Shown: in pieces, positions 63,384-64,000 of the stretch | How the letters are laid out: the number at the start of each line of letters is the position of its first letter | How positions within the stretch are numbered: the stretch's first letter is position 1 | From: Lama guanicoe | Taxonomy: Eukaryota | Length of the DNA: 64,000 nt | Direction of reading: 5' to 3' | Assembly: GCA_013239625.1 (NCBI GenBank) | Contig: MU053652.1 | Coordinates: 5,509,902 to 5,573,901, forward strand | The notes under the pieces: generated by a model | Told to the model about the DNA's origin: nothing | The model's database searches: none | What the model saw: the letters and a program-made list of their open reading frames with translations, nothing else | Program-made: the position numbers and the translations under genes

Positions 63384-64000
63384 CTGTACCACCCCCTTTT
63401 TACTGGTTAGACTTTTGCATAAAGTGTTGTAAAGGTGTTGCTTCAATTTGAAAACAAGGATTAGTAAGAGGTCTTAGAACTTTACTGAAATCTTGCTGCA
63501 AAGTGGAAATTAAATCTGACATTATCTACTTGTAAGAGCTCCCAAAGTATTGATTGTTTTTGGAAGTCTACCAAAGAAGTTGGGATGAACTCTGAGCTAG
63601 GACAAAGCTTTGAGCTCCCAACTAGTCACTCTTATTCATTTGCTAAAGAAGTGAACTTACATAGACCAGAAAAGGTGGGATGGGGGTGGGGAAGGGAGAG
63701 CCTAATGAAACCCAAGAAGGAGATTTTCATAAGGGAATCCTCATTTTTAAAATTAAAATCATGATCGTGGCCACGAAACTGATCTGAGTTCTGTTTCACC
63801 TCCCGAACAATTTTGGGCTATTGGGTAGGCTGCAGAAGGCAGAGACGTTTAGTCTATGACTGTGTTAGCACTTCCAGAGAGGGGTTTTCTTTTCTTCTTA
63901 ATACACTCCTCACCCCCCAAAACCAAATGTAGGGCCTCCCCTGGGCCTCTGGTGAGTGTTTGCTGAGTCCATGTGTAGTTGGATATAGAGAACGGCATTG

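Noticed and set aside
26328..64000. Further GRM8 exons, intronic miRNA or antisense lncRNA exons
   Set aside because: No mGluR-like peptide appears in the ORF track and no convincing long hairpin was seen. Short exons and lncRNA exons cannot be excluded from sequence alone.
1..64000. CRISPR array, operon, prophage or other foreign/prokaryotic insert
   Set aside because: No repeat-spacer array and no gene-dense segment. Composition and repeats are mammalian throughout.

Overview
This is mammalian genomic DNA, probably camelid (Vic-1-like tRNA-derived SINEs), carrying the 5' end of GRM8 (metabotropic glutamate receptor 8) on the + strand. It has a CpG-island promoter (~14.4-17.8 kb), a first exon ending at the donor at 15921/15922, and a ~9.5 kb intron 1. 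Exon 2 (25412-26231) holds a 310-nt 5'UTR plus codons 1-170. The rest of the window is the start of a long intron with no further GRM8 exon visible. The remainder is ordinary intergenic/intronic DNA rich in MIR, L2, L1, hAT/Tigger MITEs, solo LTRs and microsatellites. I see no prokaryotic-type system, CRISPR array or RNA gene, and nothing I can call a new biological system with confidence. The most interesting items are: (i) five uORFs in the spliced GRM8 leader, including one whose CGG repeat encodes a poly-Arg tail, one that spans the splice junction, and one that overlaps the main ATG; (ii) an AATAAA inside the 5'UTR; (iii) divergent CTCF-like motifs around the exon 1 donor; (iv) a well-preserved antisense solo ERV1-type LTR nested in a MIR. 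Repeat family names come from recalled consensus features, not from a search. Repeat boundaries are approximate unless a target-site duplication (TSD) is quoted.
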